41,354 bases of DNA from positions 1-41,354 of the IMG/VR virus record IMGVR_UViG_3300010274_000001. One strand, given 5' to 3'. Every line of letters begins with the position of its first letter. The stretch's first letter is position 1. Shown one piece after another: positions 25,943-35,177 of the stretch. This DNA is from a virus. The position numbers and the translations under genes were made by a program. The notes beneath the pieces are model-generated. The model worked only from the letters and a program-made list of their open reading frames with translations. It did no database searches and was not told where the DNA came from.

Positions 25943-27427
25943 CTACACACCTCCACCTATAATATTTTGTGCTGCTTGCATTTGCAGCATTTGTTGTTGC
26001 TCTGCCATTAATTCTTCCTGAGTCTTAATTAAACCCTGAGCATTTAGACTTAGACTGCTAACAATCTGAGTAAGATATTCATACCAGTTTATATATTGCA
26101 GTGCTGGTTGAATGTTCCCTACAGCGCTAAGAAATGTTAATAGCTTGTTTAATTCAGTTGTCCTAGCCAGTGCTTCAAATCCACTGGTAAGAACAAGTTT
26201 TACATCTTCATCAGGAGGCTGAGGGAGAGTTTTTTGTATCTTTTCTCTAATAAGCTGTAATAATGGCTTTTGTAATTCTTCAGCCAATAGAGTGTAGACA
26301 CCTCCCAACAACGCCTCTAACTCTTCAGTAAGCCTTCTAATCTCTTCAGCGGTAACCCTTTCAGCGCTACGTGGATTGAACACTAGGAACATTTGGTTAA
26401 TACGATTTTCTAGTTGCATTATCTGCTCCTGCGCTGTCTTTAAGTCTGCATAAGAACTAACGCCCATGGTGCCAACATCATCCTTGTTACCAATGATGAT
26501 GTCACCGTTCTTAGCATTCTTTATCAAATTTATATTAGTCTCAGCGCTAGGACGCACAAGAAATATAGTCTTAGCAGCAGCTAGTGCTGAGTTAGTGACC
26601 GCCTTAGAAAGGCTCTCAAGGTTTAACAGGTCTCCTAGTACCTGTTCAACCAGTCCATGTCCATATTCGTTGTTAGTCCAACGCAACACAAGGATAGGTA
26701 ATAGCTTTACCCACTTCCTTGTGTTAGGGACCTCTAGCTCTCCTATTTCTTGCCACATCTCCCACTTACCATCTGTAAGCTTAGCAGCGGTAAAAATGTC
26801 ATACATATCACTGCTTAAGCCTGAAGCTGCACTTTGTATATTAGCTGCTGAAGCTATGTTCTGTTGAGCTATAAAGTCTCTGAGGGCTTTAGGGAGCGTG
26901 TCTTTATCTACAGTTTCCCTAAGGATAACTTCAGTAAGGTTCATAGCTTTATCACGGACTACCACATAGTCTCTCAAATTATACAACTTTAGCTTGTCAT
27001 CTTTAAACCACAGAGCCACGTTTCCTGTGATAATAAGATGTTTCAATGCTTCTGATAACGTATATCTTACTGATAGCTGGTTCAGTTCTTGCATAGTCAT
27101 CTTCTCTAACAGTGTTAGATAGTCCTCAGCAGAGTTTACAACATCTCTAGGCAGTGAAGCCCTTAAAGCTTCATCCAGCTTATATGTGAAAAATCCCCCA
27201 GTGGTAGGAAGCAATGCTAACAATAGTTTTGATGATAAATTGTTTACTCCTCGTGCTCCAACTGATTGCCACGATTGGTACAAAGGCTGATTATCATTAT
27301 TATTTGGTGGAAAAATATATTGGAGTGTTAATGCTGAACAAGTTTCAGCAATGTTCATTAAACTTTGCTTACGCATTGCCAACTTCTGAAACTTACTTTT
27401 CAAAGAAGTTTCCTTCAACTCTTCCAT
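25943..27427 (-). CDS. Portal protein (T7 gp8-like)
   Basis: YQSWQSVGARGVNNLSSKLLLALLP matches T7 YQTPWQAVGARGLNNLASKLMLALFP, and AERVTAEEIRRLTEELEALLGGVYTLLAEELQKPLL matches GERVTAEEIRYVASELEDTLGGVYSILSQELQLPLV. Confidence 0.95.
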   Translation of the reverse strand: MEELKETSLKSKFQKLAMRKQSLMNIAETCSALTLQYIFPPNNNDNQPLYQSWQSVGARGVNNLSSKLLLALLPTTGGFFTYKLDEALRASLPRDVVNSAEDYLTLLEKMTMQELNQLSVRYTLSEALKHLIITGNVALWFKDDKLKLYNLRDYVVVRDKAMNLTEVILRETVDKDTLPKALRDFIAQQNIASAANIQSAASGLSSDMYDIFTAAKLTDGKWEMWQEIGELEVPNTRKWVKLLPILVLRWTNNEYGHGLVEQVLGDLLNLESLSKAVTNSALAAAKTIFLVRPSAETNINLIKNAKNGDIIIGNKDDVGTMGVSSYADLKTAQEQIMQLENRINQMFLVFNPRSAERVTAEEIRRLTEELEALLGGVYTLLAEELQKPLLQLIREKIQKTLPQPPDEDVKLVLTSGFEALARTTELNKLLTFLSAVGNIQPALQYINWYEYLTQIVSSLSLNAQGLIKTQEELMAEQQQMLQMQAAQNIIGGGV

Positions 27428-27608
27428 TCTTATCCTCCTCCTTTAGATTATATAATTCCAAGCAAGCGTCAATAAGTTCACGCTTGCCCGCATACATCCA
27501 TATAGTTCTATCATTATCTGCAATATTTGGACATTTAGGTGGATATAGCTTGTCTAAATATTTCACTAGGTCTTCTGCAGACAATGGGATTCCTATTCTA
27601 TCTTCCAT
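27393..27608 (-). CDS. Hypothetical 71-aa protein, first gene after module C'
   Basis: SD aaaggaggtg. It overlaps the portal start by 35 nt. No family recognised. Confidence 0.6.
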   Translation of the reverse strand: MEDRIGIPLSAEDLVKYLDKLYPPKCPNIADNDRTIWMYAGKRELIDACLELYNLKEEDKNGRVEGNFFEK

Positions 27609-27640
27609 ATATTTTAGTCACCTCCTTTAATTATAATCTT

Positions 27641-27747
27641 AATGCTATACCCTCTTATTGCCCCTAGAATCCATTTTGTTATAGCGACCAAGGTAATCTG
27701 TCATACGACAACACCCAAAGGCTCCTAGGGGCTCCTACGCTTAGGTA
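27641..27747 (-). promoter_or_regulatory. Conserved intergenic module, copy C' (ahead of the 71-aa, portal and scaffold genes)
   Basis: The reverse complement reads TACCTAAGCGTAGGAGCCCCTAGGAGC (27/27 identical to copy A) ... TGACAGATTACCTTGG ... AAAATGGATTCTAGGGGC ... GTATAGCATT. An 8-bp inverted repeat gcccctag (27660-67) / ctaggggc (27725-32) is present. Confidence 0.8.
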
Positions 27748-27769
27748 ACTTTTGTAATCCTAATAAATA

Positions 27770-29647
27770 CTACAAAACATTTGTTTCACAATCTCCTCCA
27801 GCAGAACAGGCAAATGCTGCTGAAGTGTTGCTATGACTTTCTAAGACTGAGCTATCAATAAGAAACTCTGCTTTCTTTTTGGAAGCTTTCCGAAGTTTCT
27901 TTACCATAGAATCATAGGTTTCTTTGTCTATTACTTCATAAGGTGCTTGCGGGAAGGAGTTATTATCTGGTAGGAACGTTATTCCAACAATTTTGTCCGA
28001 ATATTGCTTTAGCCAATCTTCCACTATTTTCCACTCTATATCATCCTTAACCGTGATAGTAGTGGACGGATTATGGTCTGCCCATACCCTTTCCATCATT
28101 AAATAATACTCAATTTGTTCTACTACGTCTCTATCCCTATGGTTAGGATATTCAAGAGGAAATTCCACAACTAAGGTTTCATTGTTATACACATCTTGAA
28201 ACAATTCAAACCCAAAGCTTTTTAGATAGTCCACCAGTGGGTCATTTTTGTTAATTCGTAACCTTCTAATTACATAACGCCCAAAACTGTTATGTAATCC
28301 AGGCGTGGTGCCTAGAATTTGACTGGCTGTGCCACTAGGCTTAACAGTTGTAATGGCTTTTATTTCAGGAAGTCCATATATTTCTGCTACTTGTTTAGCA
28401 TATTCACGAACTTCTCTACGCAAATCTGTTAGTATTCTTTCGGTATTGAAAGAGTGTTCACTAAGTATTGGATGATTTCTTAAGCCTGTTAAAGATACTC
28501 CCAACAAAGGTTCAGTTTCAGCGTTTTGTTTCCATCGTGGGTCTAATACTGCTGTATAATCTGTATTTAATGACTGTAATATTCCAAGTAGTGTAGCCAT
28601 CTTTGCTTTTACAATAAGCGTTTCTTTTGTGTCATCAGGTTCTACATGGACTTCAGTTAAGTTACAGAATTGAAATGGTCGCAAGATTATTTCGCCACAC
28701 GGATTAGTTCCTAAAAATTGTTCATCGTATAAATCCCTTCTAAGTTTAACCCATTGCTTATCTTTAGCATATTTTCGATTAAAAATTCCAGGCTCACCAA
28801 TGTTATTTGCTTTCCAATGGTGTACTAGGTCTTTTACATTAACCTCAGTAGTATTATCTATTGCAATTGAGACATTTGAATATGCCAACCACGGCTCAGT
28901 TTCCCAAAAGCCATCATATTTAAGGTTAAAAGCGTCCTCATAATCAGCTAAAGCTATACAAGCACTCCTGCGGACGCCTCCTGATATGACTGTATTTGCT
29001 ACAAGATTAGCTAGCGTAAATATTTCTTTTGGTGTCCATTGCTTTCCAGGCTTAGTGGTAAATAACTCTATTGTCTTGTCAAAAAGAAAGCGTAAAGGCT
29101 CAGGTCCACTGGCTGTACCTCCAAATGTTTTTAGAGGAGCTCCAGCTGGTCTAATCAAACTATAATCAAATTTAGGTATCATTCCACCTTGAAGATTGTG
29201 GAGCAAAGATAAAAATGCGTCACGCCAACCTTCTTTAGAGTCCCCAACAACAATGGTAATATTGCCTTCTCTAAACTTTGTAGGTCTAGGAGGAAGTTTT
29301 ATGCTAGCCTTTTCAACACTATAGCCTACACCTACTCCTAGCATTAGTAAAATAAACATATCAGCAAAAGCTTCCCATGAATCAAAAATTAGATAACTAC
29401 AATTGTAGATAGCTTCTGGATAGTATGGAAGCGCCCTGCCTGCTGAAGCTAACCCACGCATTGAGCCTAAAATATCTTTGCTTTTAAACAATGCTATAGC
29501 TGTAACATAATCTTTTGCAACTTCAGGTTTAACAAACTGCCAAAAGTGTTCTTCATATCGTTTAACAGCTTCTTCCCACGTTTCCCCAAAGGACTTTGCA
29601 TAAGTTCTTTTAAATACCAAATCACTGTAAAAGCTTGCAATATCCAT
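27770..29647 (-). CDS. nrdJ: Ribonucleotide reductase, class II (adenosylcobalamin-type, NrdJ-like), 625 aa
   Basis: Active-site stretch TNPCGEIILRPFQFCNLTEV, a single-chain size, and a C-terminal redox Cys pair (ACSAGGDC). Confidence 0.8.
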   Translation of the reverse strand: MDIASFYSDLVFKRTYAKSFGETWEEAVKRYEEHFWQFVKPEVAKDYVTAIALFKSKDILGSMRGLASAGRALPYYPEAIYNCSYLIFDSWEAFADMFILLMLGVGVGYSVEKASIKLPPRPTKFREGNITIVVGDSKEGWRDAFLSLLHNLQGGMIPKFDYSLIRPAGAPLKTFGGTASGPEPLRFLFDKTIELFTTKPGKQWTPKEIFTLANLVANTVISGGVRRSACIALADYEDAFNLKYDGFWETEPWLAYSNVSIAIDNTTEVNVKDLVHHWKANNIGEPGIFNRKYAKDKQWVKLRRDLYDEQFLGTNPCGEIILRPFQFCNLTEVHVEPDDTKETLIVKAKMATLLGILQSLNTDYTAVLDPRWKQNAETEPLLGVSLTGLRNHPILSEHSFNTERILTDLRREVREYAKQVAEIYGLPEIKAITTVKPSGTASQILGTTPGLHNSFGRYVIRRLRINKNDPLVDYLKSFGFELFQDVYNNETLVVEFPLEYPNHRDRDVVEQIEYYLMMERVWADHNPSTTITVKDDIEWKIVEDWLKQYSDKIVGITFLPDNNSFPQAPYEVIDKETYDSMVKKLRKASKKKAEFLIDSSVLESHSNTSAAFACSAGGDCETNVL

Positions 29648-29664
29648 GTTTTCATCCTCCTTAT

Positions 29665-30087
29665 TTAGTTTATTCCTGTGCTACCAAATCCATTAGTTCC
29701 TCTTTGCGTAACCCTTTTAGATTGTCCCTGATATAAGCTAATATTTTCAGAAGGTACAGAATGTATTAATGCTTGAGCTATTCTATTACCTCTTGCAATT
29801 GATTGGGGATATTTTGTTGCATTGAATAAAACAACCTTCCATTCACCAGTATAATCAGGGTCTATAACTCCTGTTAAAACTATTAAGCCTTTAGAATTCC
29901 ATCCCGAACGCCCCACTATAGTAGCATATATTGATGACAACGAGACATCCCATGATACACCAGTAGGTACAACGCGTATTTCCCCAGGTTCTAAAACAAA
30001 ATTTTCAGCACTCCTAAGGTCAATACCTACATCACCAGGATTAAATAAAGGTTGTAAATCTTCATCACTGTAATAAATAAATATCAT
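29665..30087 (-). CDS. dut: dUTP pyrophosphatase (trimeric dUTPase)
   Basis: Canonical motifs GDVGIDLRS, GRSGW, GVIDPDYTGE, RIAQ and RGTNGFGSTG. ATG at 30087 follows aggaggt. Confidence 0.9.
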   Translation of the reverse strand: MIFIYYSDEDLQPLFNPGDVGIDLRSAENFVLEPGEIRVVPTGVSWDVSLSSIYATIVGRSGWNSKGLIVLTGVIDPDYTGEWKVVLFNATKYPQSIARGNRIAQALIHSVPSENISLYQGQSKRVTQRGTNGFGSTGIN

Positions 30088-30830
30088 ACTTGTTCTACCT
30101 CCTTTTCTTTTGGTGGTGTCCAAAGTTTTACACTTTTGGTCTTACAGTCATAGTGGTCCTTATCAAGAATAAAAGCCAGCCTTGCTGTCATTAAAGCGTC
30201 ATCATAGGTAAGACCGTGACTCAGATAAGTTTCAACAACAGTTTTCCAATAGTGTTCAGGCTCTACTTCATCCAATAGTTTCCTAGCTTTTACCTTTCCT
30301 ATTCCAGGGACTCCATAATAACCATCACATGGGTCCCCTTGTAACACCTGTTGATAAAAGAAACGTGTAGCTTCTTCAGGAGTAATAGTAAACAATGTAT
30401 CCTTACGCCAGTTATAGTGTGTAGAGGATATTTGTTGCATATCTTTGTCTGTAGAAGCTATTATATACTCTTTATCTCTTTTGGAAACCAATATACCTAT
30501 CACATCATCAGCCTCCAAATTATCTATATACAAACAAGGATATTCAGCTTCCACATATGCTCTAAGCTCTGAAAGCAACTCAGGCTTTTCTTTATCAGCA
30601 CGGTTGAGTTTATAAGTGGAACTTAACTGCTTGCGAAAGTTATTAAATCCGCTGAGGCATACTAAATATTCTCTTGCTTCAGTACGCTGAACCAAATCGC
30701 GTATAAAGTCATCAATGCGTTCTTGAGCAATTATAATATCATCAACAATTAGTTTATCAAACATCTTTTGCTGAGACTTGAAAGCTACTTGAAATAAAAC
30801 AATGTCCCCATCTATTAGTAAAACCTTCAT
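30084..30830 (-). CDS. 5'-3' exonuclease / flap endonuclease (T7 gp6-like)
   Basis: VLLIDGDIVLFQVA, YKLNR, LEADDVIG, ASTDKD, VLQGDPCDGYYGVPGIGKVKA and ARLAFIL...LWTP parallel T7 gp6 ILVMDGDWLVFQA, YKANR, LEGDDVMG, SCDKD, IKGDITDGYSGIAGWG and ARILRF...LWRP. Confidence 0.9.
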   Translation of the reverse strand: MKVLLIDGDIVLFQVAFKSQQKMFDKLIVDDIIIAQERIDDFIRDLVQRTEAREYLVCLSGFNNFRKQLSSTYKLNRADKEKPELLSELRAYVEAEYPCLYIDNLEADDVIGILVSKRDKEYIIASTDKDMQQISSTHYNWRKDTLFTITPEEATRFFYQQVLQGDPCDGYYGVPGIGKVKARKLLDEVEPEHYWKTVVETYLSHGLTYDDALMTARLAFILDKDHYDCKTKSVKLWTPPKEKEVEQV

Positions 30831-30844
30831 GCTCTCACTCCTTT

Positions 30845-32623
30845 CTAATGAGTTTCAGCCCAATTCATACCTATTTTAGCCTCACCATCTAACGGACATC
30901 TAAAGTTATAAAATCTTCCTGCAGCTTTGATAGCTTTGACACCTTCTTCAGCAATAATATTGGCAAGTTCTTTCTTAGCCTGTATCTGCCATTCGTCATG
31001 AATATTGGCTACAAACTCATAATCTTGCCCTGGAATAAGTCCTTTAGACTGCAATGAGTTGTCTAAGATTACCAGCGCTCTTTTCATAACAATGGCACCC
31101 GCACTCTGTAATAGTAGGTTAAGTGCTTTATAAGAGTCTCTAACAAACAATGGGACTCCATCTAGACTCTTAATAAAGCTTCCTTTGGCTTTATTTTGGA
31201 CATCCTCTATCAGTGCTGGTAAACCTTGAATGTTATTTAAAAATTTTTGCTTCAACTTTGCTCCTTTAGACTCTGGTATTTCTGCTATCTGGGCTAGCAA
31301 AGATGTACCAGCGCCATAAAGAAACGCATAAATAAAACGTTTTGCTTGCGCGCGAGTTTTCAAACCTGCCGCTTGCTGGTTATAAGTGTGTATATCTCCC
31401 TGCAGAATTTGGTGAGCATACACACCATTGTCATTGCGTGCTAAATAGTGAGCTAAACAACGCAGTTCTAATCCGCTAGCATCTATCCCAACCAAGCAAT
31501 AGTTGTCATTGGGAGCAATGAATAGCTTTCGAAACTCCGAATCTGTGGGCATTTGAGCAACGTTGGGAGATGAATGTGTCATGCGTCTAGATACAGCGCC
31601 TAGAGTGTTAACGGTACCATGGACCCTACCATCTGCTTTGATGTGTTTCAGCACTCCCTGATTGCCCTCCGCAAGCAATCCTGCTAACTTTTGAAGGTTT
31701 AAATAACGACTAAGTAGTTTTGCTTCAGGATAATCAAGGGAATTCAATACCTCTTCATTAATGATGGGATTGCCTAATTCTGTGAATTTCTGAGGTGTCC
31801 AACTATATTTCTCTTGCAACTTGAGGGCTATATGCTTTCTCGACCCTGGATTAAACTTAACTTTAACTATCTTAGGGTCACCAGCATTAATTCCCTTCGC
31901 TTTATTAGCTTTCTTATACACTCCAACCTGCTCCTCCCAAGGTGGAAAGGCTTTTTGGAGCTCTTTTTCTATATCAGCCATTTCTTTGTAATAGCTTCCC
32001 AAAAGTTCCTTAGCTGCTTCAATATCAAAAGCAAAGCCATAAGCCATTTGTCGTTGTATAATCTTTGCTACTTCTGTTTCCATCAGGAAAGGCTCCCAAA
32101 CATTTTGGATGAGTGGGTATAGAAAGTCAAACAAGACTTTTGTAACCCTCGTATCCTGTCGTGCGTAGTTTAAAAACTCTTCTTGATTCTCAGATGTCAT
32201 AACCCAATCCGTGCGCTGCTCTCCCCATGTATCCTTTAGCTCTCCTAAACGCAATCCCCATGCTTCTAAGCTATGAGAGCCCCTAAGTCTAGGAGGCAGC
32301 TTTAGTTTCCATTGAGGACAGAAACGTTCCTCAAAGTTATACAAGTCTCCAAATAATAACCTTGACATGATTAATGTATCCCAAACTTGTACATCTTCTC
32401 TAGGCTTGAATTGATATAACTTTGCTAGTACTGGAAGGTCAAAGTTGACTATATTGTGCCCAATAAGTATATCATAACTGTTCAACTTGTTCAAGCCTTC
32501 TAAAGGATTTAAGAACGTCATTATCTGTTCAGATTGCATATCAAACACAGTAATTATGTATACTACAGCAGGGTCTAATGAGTCTGTTTCTATATCAAAT
32601 ATAGCCATTGATTGCTTAGACAT
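30845..32623 (-). CDS. DNA polymerase, family A, with a 3'-5' exonuclease domain (592 aa)
   Basis: Exo I FDIETDS, Exo II HNIVNFDLPVL, Exo III YARQD. Pol motif A GIDASGLELR, motif B RAQAKRFIYAFLYGAG, motif C NIHDEWQ. Confidence 0.95.
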   Translation of the reverse strand: MSKQSMAIFDIETDSLDPAVVYIITVFDMQSEQIMTFLNPLEGLNKLNSYDILIGHNIVNFDLPVLAKLYQFKPREDVQVWDTLIMSRLLFGDLYNFEERFCPQWKLKLPPRLRGSHSLEAWGLRLGELKDTWGEQRTDWVMTSENQEEFLNYARQDTRVTKVLFDFLYPLIQNVWEPFLMETEVAKIIQRQMAYGFAFDIEAAKELLGSYYKEMADIEKELQKAFPPWEEQVGVYKKANKAKGINAGDPKIVKVKFNPGSRKHIALKLQEKYSWTPQKFTELGNPIINEEVLNSLDYPEAKLLSRYLNLQKLAGLLAEGNQGVLKHIKADGRVHGTVNTLGAVSRRMTHSSPNVAQMPTDSEFRKLFIAPNDNYCLVGIDASGLELRCLAHYLARNDNGVYAHQILQGDIHTYNQQAAGLKTRAQAKRFIYAFLYGAGTSLLAQIAEIPESKGAKLKQKFLNNIQGLPALIEDVQNKAKGSFIKSLDGVPLFVRDSYKALNLLLQSAGAIVMKRALVILDNSLQSKGLIPGQDYEFVANIHDEWQIQAKKELANIIAEEGVKAIKAAGRFYNFRCPLDGEAKIGMNWAETH

Positions 32624-32641
32624 ACTGTTTCACCTCCTTTA

Positions 32642-34150
32642 CTATGCATGATATACTTCAGTTTCATAAAGCTTTCCTGAAATATACTCTAGCGTTCCCA
32701 TCAATCCAGTATTCTCACCAAATAATCGATTCTTCAGAGCGTACACTTCAGTACGCCTTCTGTCTTCAGGCTGCTTAGCAACAATGTTTCGCTGAAGACT
32801 GATAACATTGTCACTAAGCTGTCCAATGGACCCCGACCCTCTGAAGTCTTTTATAGAAATTTTACCACCCTCTTCAGGGGCTTTACCCCGATAAGCACTA
32901 TTGTTCGAGACATGGCTTATCATGATTACTCCAATATTAGTATTCTCTATAAGACTTCTAAGGCGGGTAAGGAATACGTCGATAGCCTTTCTTTCATCCT
33001 GAATTTCTAGTCCGCTGATAAGGATAGTTAAATGGTCTAAGAATAGAAAGTCTATCCCTTCTGCCTTTGCTAAATATTCTATCTTCTGCAACATATTAAG
33101 AGGGTCAATAGAGCCAAAATGGTCGTAGAACAATAAGTGCTCTTTAAATTTTCCTATGCTTGCTTTCATGGACTCAGGTGGTATTAGCTCTCTATTTAAG
33201 TATAAATCACCAAGAGCAACATTATTGTCCATAGCAACAAAGCCTAACAAGGTTTTGGTAACAGTTTCTTCAAGGGCTATATATGCTATCTTAACACTGG
33301 GATTAAGGATTAGAAGGTCATAAGCAAGCTGTCTCATATAGGTGCTCTTGCCTACTCCTGTACCAGCACCTATCATAGTCAACTCATGCTTTCGAAGACC
33401 CATATAAAAGTTATTGAAGTGATTGAAACCTACCTTGAAGTTTTCATTCTCTGGAGTCTTCATAATCTTCTCTAGGTCCATTTCTTCAACACTGATTAGG
33501 TGGTCTGGGCGATATAGCCTAGCTTGCTTTATATAATTTAAGACAGCATTAGCACCCGAAGCAAGAAACACTTCATTAGCGTCCTTATACGGTGCAGAGT
33601 CTATAATATATACCTTTCCTGGTGGAAGCTGCATTACCAGTTTTTCCACCGCCTGCTGCCCAGCTTTGTCGGTATCAAACCAAAGGTATATCAATTCAAA
33701 CTGTCTTATGAAGTCATAGTTATCAAGAACAGCTTTGGTAGCATTAGCAGCACCATTAGGCACGCTAACTACCAAAAACTGCTTTAACTTTAACTGAGCA
33801 ACTGTAAGACAGTCTATTTCTCCTTCAGTGATAATGAGATATGGCTGCTTCTGATACAAATGCTGCCCAAACAGCTCTACATGGGCAGTGCCACCTCCAA
33901 GCCAAAAGAACTGCTTATCGGGAGTTCGAATGTGTTGCTTACGTTTGCTGCCATAACGGTAATTTGCTACATGCACAATTTGACCGTTATAGCGGCCTAT
34001 GCCATAATCGTAAAAACGGCACACCTCCTCTGATAAGCCACGTTCAGGAATTTCAGCGTAACCATAGGAAATAATATCCTTTACTACTTCATCAGCTTCC
34101 ACACTTTGTTCGCCTCCTTTTGCTGGAACATAGGTGTTGCAGGAAAACAA
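32642..34150 (-). CDS. Primase-helicase (T7 gp4-like): TOPRIM primase plus DnaB-type helicase. The frame opens in the middle of the zinc ribbon.
   Basis: TOPRIM LIITEGEIDCLT and WFDTDKAG. Helicase Walker A GAGTGVGKST, Walker B FLFLDHLT, and the RGSGSIGQLSDNVISL arginine-finger region. Near its start the frame reads ..FSCNTY.., which supplies the fourth Cys of the Zn ribbon. Confidence 0.93.
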   Translation of the reverse strand: MFSCNTYVPAKGGEQSVEADEVVKDIISYGYAEIPERGLSEEVCRFYDYGIGRYNGQIVHVANYRYGSKRKQHIRTPDKQFFWLGGGTAHVELFGQHLYQKQPYLIITEGEIDCLTVAQLKLKQFLVVSVPNGAANATKAVLDNYDFIRQFELIYLWFDTDKAGQQAVEKLVMQLPPGKVYIIDSAPYKDANEVFLASGANAVLNYIKQARLYRPDHLISVEEMDLEKIMKTPENENFKVGFNHFNNFYMGLRKHELTMIGAGTGVGKSTYMRQLAYDLLILNPSVKIAYIALEETVTKTLLGFVAMDNNVALGDLYLNRELIPPESMKASIGKFKEHLLFYDHFGSIDPLNMLQKIEYLAKAEGIDFLFLDHLTILISGLEIQDERKAIDVFLTRLRSLIENTNIGVIMISHVSNNSAYRGKAPEEGGKISIKDFRGSGSIGQLSDNVISLQRNIVAKQPEDRRRTEVYALKNRLFGENTGLMGTLEYISGKLYETEVYHA

Positions 34151-34251
34151 TAGAAGCCATCGGAATAAAGGGCCCCAGCATCACTGGAGCCGCAGTATTG
34201 ACAGGGAATATGAGCTTTAATAAGAATTGTATTTTCTTCTCTAGTTTTCAT
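34084..34251 (-). CDS. N-terminal zinc-ribbon fragment of the primase, in a frame offset by one nucleotide from the main gene
   Basis: HIPCQYCGSSDAGALYSDGFYCF matches T7 gp4 CDNCGSSDGNSLFSDGHTFCYVC. It joins the main frame only if one nt is re-read in the T4 run (+ strand aaaa at 34144-34147). Start candidates are ATG codons at 34251 or 34269-34278. Confidence 0.8.
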   Translation of the reverse strand: MKTREENTILIKAHIPCQYCGSSDAGALYSDGFYCFPATPMFQQKEANKVWKLMK

Positions 34252-34531
34252 CTTCTGTAGTGACTTCATCATCATCATTACCAAACGGTGTTTTTACTAC
34301 TTCTTCAATAATATCTAAAATTCCATCTACAAAGTATTCTTTTTTCTCTGGGTCAATTTCAAGTGCTTCAATTGCTGATTCTATCCAGAATTTGTTTATA
34401 AACGCTAAGTAGGTCAACAACACCTCATATGTGTGTTCATGCGTAAATTCAGCTTCCATAGCCATGTTTTCTAGGTCAATATGAATCACAATGTATTCCT
34501 CACCCAATTTTATCTTTTCATTCTCTTCCAT
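34241..34531 (-). CDS. Hypothetical acidic protein (96 aa), first gene after module D'
   Basis: ATG at 34531 follows aagggggt. It sits where T7 carries gene 3.5, but I recognised no amidase motifs. Confidence 0.65.
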   Translation of the reverse strand: MEENEKIKLGEEYIVIHIDLENMAMEAEFTHEHTYEVLLTYLAFINKFWIESAIEALEIDPEKKEYFVDGILDIIEEVVKTPFGNDDDEVTTEDEN

Positions 34532-34571
34532 AGGTATTACCCCCTTATATATATATATTTTTATTTTTCCC

Positions 34572-34678
34572 AATGCTATGCCCTCTCATTACCCCTAGAA
34601 TCTATTTTACTCTGCCTACTAAGGTAATCTATCAGGACGACCTAAGCAAACGGTCCTAGGGGCTCTTACGATGAGGTA
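34572..34678 (-). promoter_or_regulatory. Conserved intergenic module, copy D' (ahead of the replication gene block)
   Basis: The reverse complement reads TACCTCATCGTAAGAGCCCCTAGGACC ... TGATAGATTACCTTAG ... GTAAAATAGATTCTAGGGGT ... GCATAGCATT. Inverted cccctag (34592-98) / ctagggg (34656-62) is present. Confidence 0.8.
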
Positions 34679-34692
34679 GCTTCTGAAACACA

Positions 34693-35154
34693 CTATCTTT
34701 CTATAAAGTGTTCCAAAAGTTCACGTCGTGTCATGCTACGCGGAAATTCTCTTTCTGGTTCTTCCAACCACTCCTGAGGAACAGTCTTGAATGCATACTT
34801 AAACCCATTTTTCTTGCACCAGTCGCTATACCTTGTAGCAGAGTTCTTATTTATTTTGTTGTCGGTTGAAAAAATGATACGAAGGTCTAAATCAGGATAT
34901 AGCAACTTTACATTCTTCAACTTTGTTCTGTCCTCAGGAAGAAACCAGCCTTTCACCTCCAATGCAATGCCATTAGGTAATACAAAATCTGGTGTATATG
35001 ATGTAAACTTTACATAGTTGAATTTGCGGGGCTCATAAAAAGCTTTTACTCCTCTTTCTTTCAAATCTGCCTCAACCTTCTTTTCGAAAGTTGAGCGTCT
35101 ATAGCGTGGCTTTGAGCCCCAATACTGATATTTTTTCTTCTCAGACATCCCCAC
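34693..35154 (-). CDS. Endonuclease I / Holliday-junction resolvase (T7 gp3-like)
   Basis: SYTPDFVLPNGIALEVKGWFLPEDRTKLKNVKLLYPDLDLRIIFS matches T7 gp3 HTYTPDFLLPNGIFVETKGLWESDDRKKHLLIREQHPELDIRIVFS. Confidence 0.95.
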   Translation of the reverse strand: MGMSEKKKYQYWGSKPRYRRSTFEKKVEADLKERGVKAFYEPRKFNYVKFTSYTPDFVLPNGIALEVKGWFLPEDRTKLKNVKLLYPDLDLRIIFSTDNKINKNSATRYSDWCKKNGFKYAFKTVPQEWLEEPEREFPRSMTRRELLEHFIER

Positions 35155-35177
35155 TAAAATCCCCCCTCTTTAGGATA

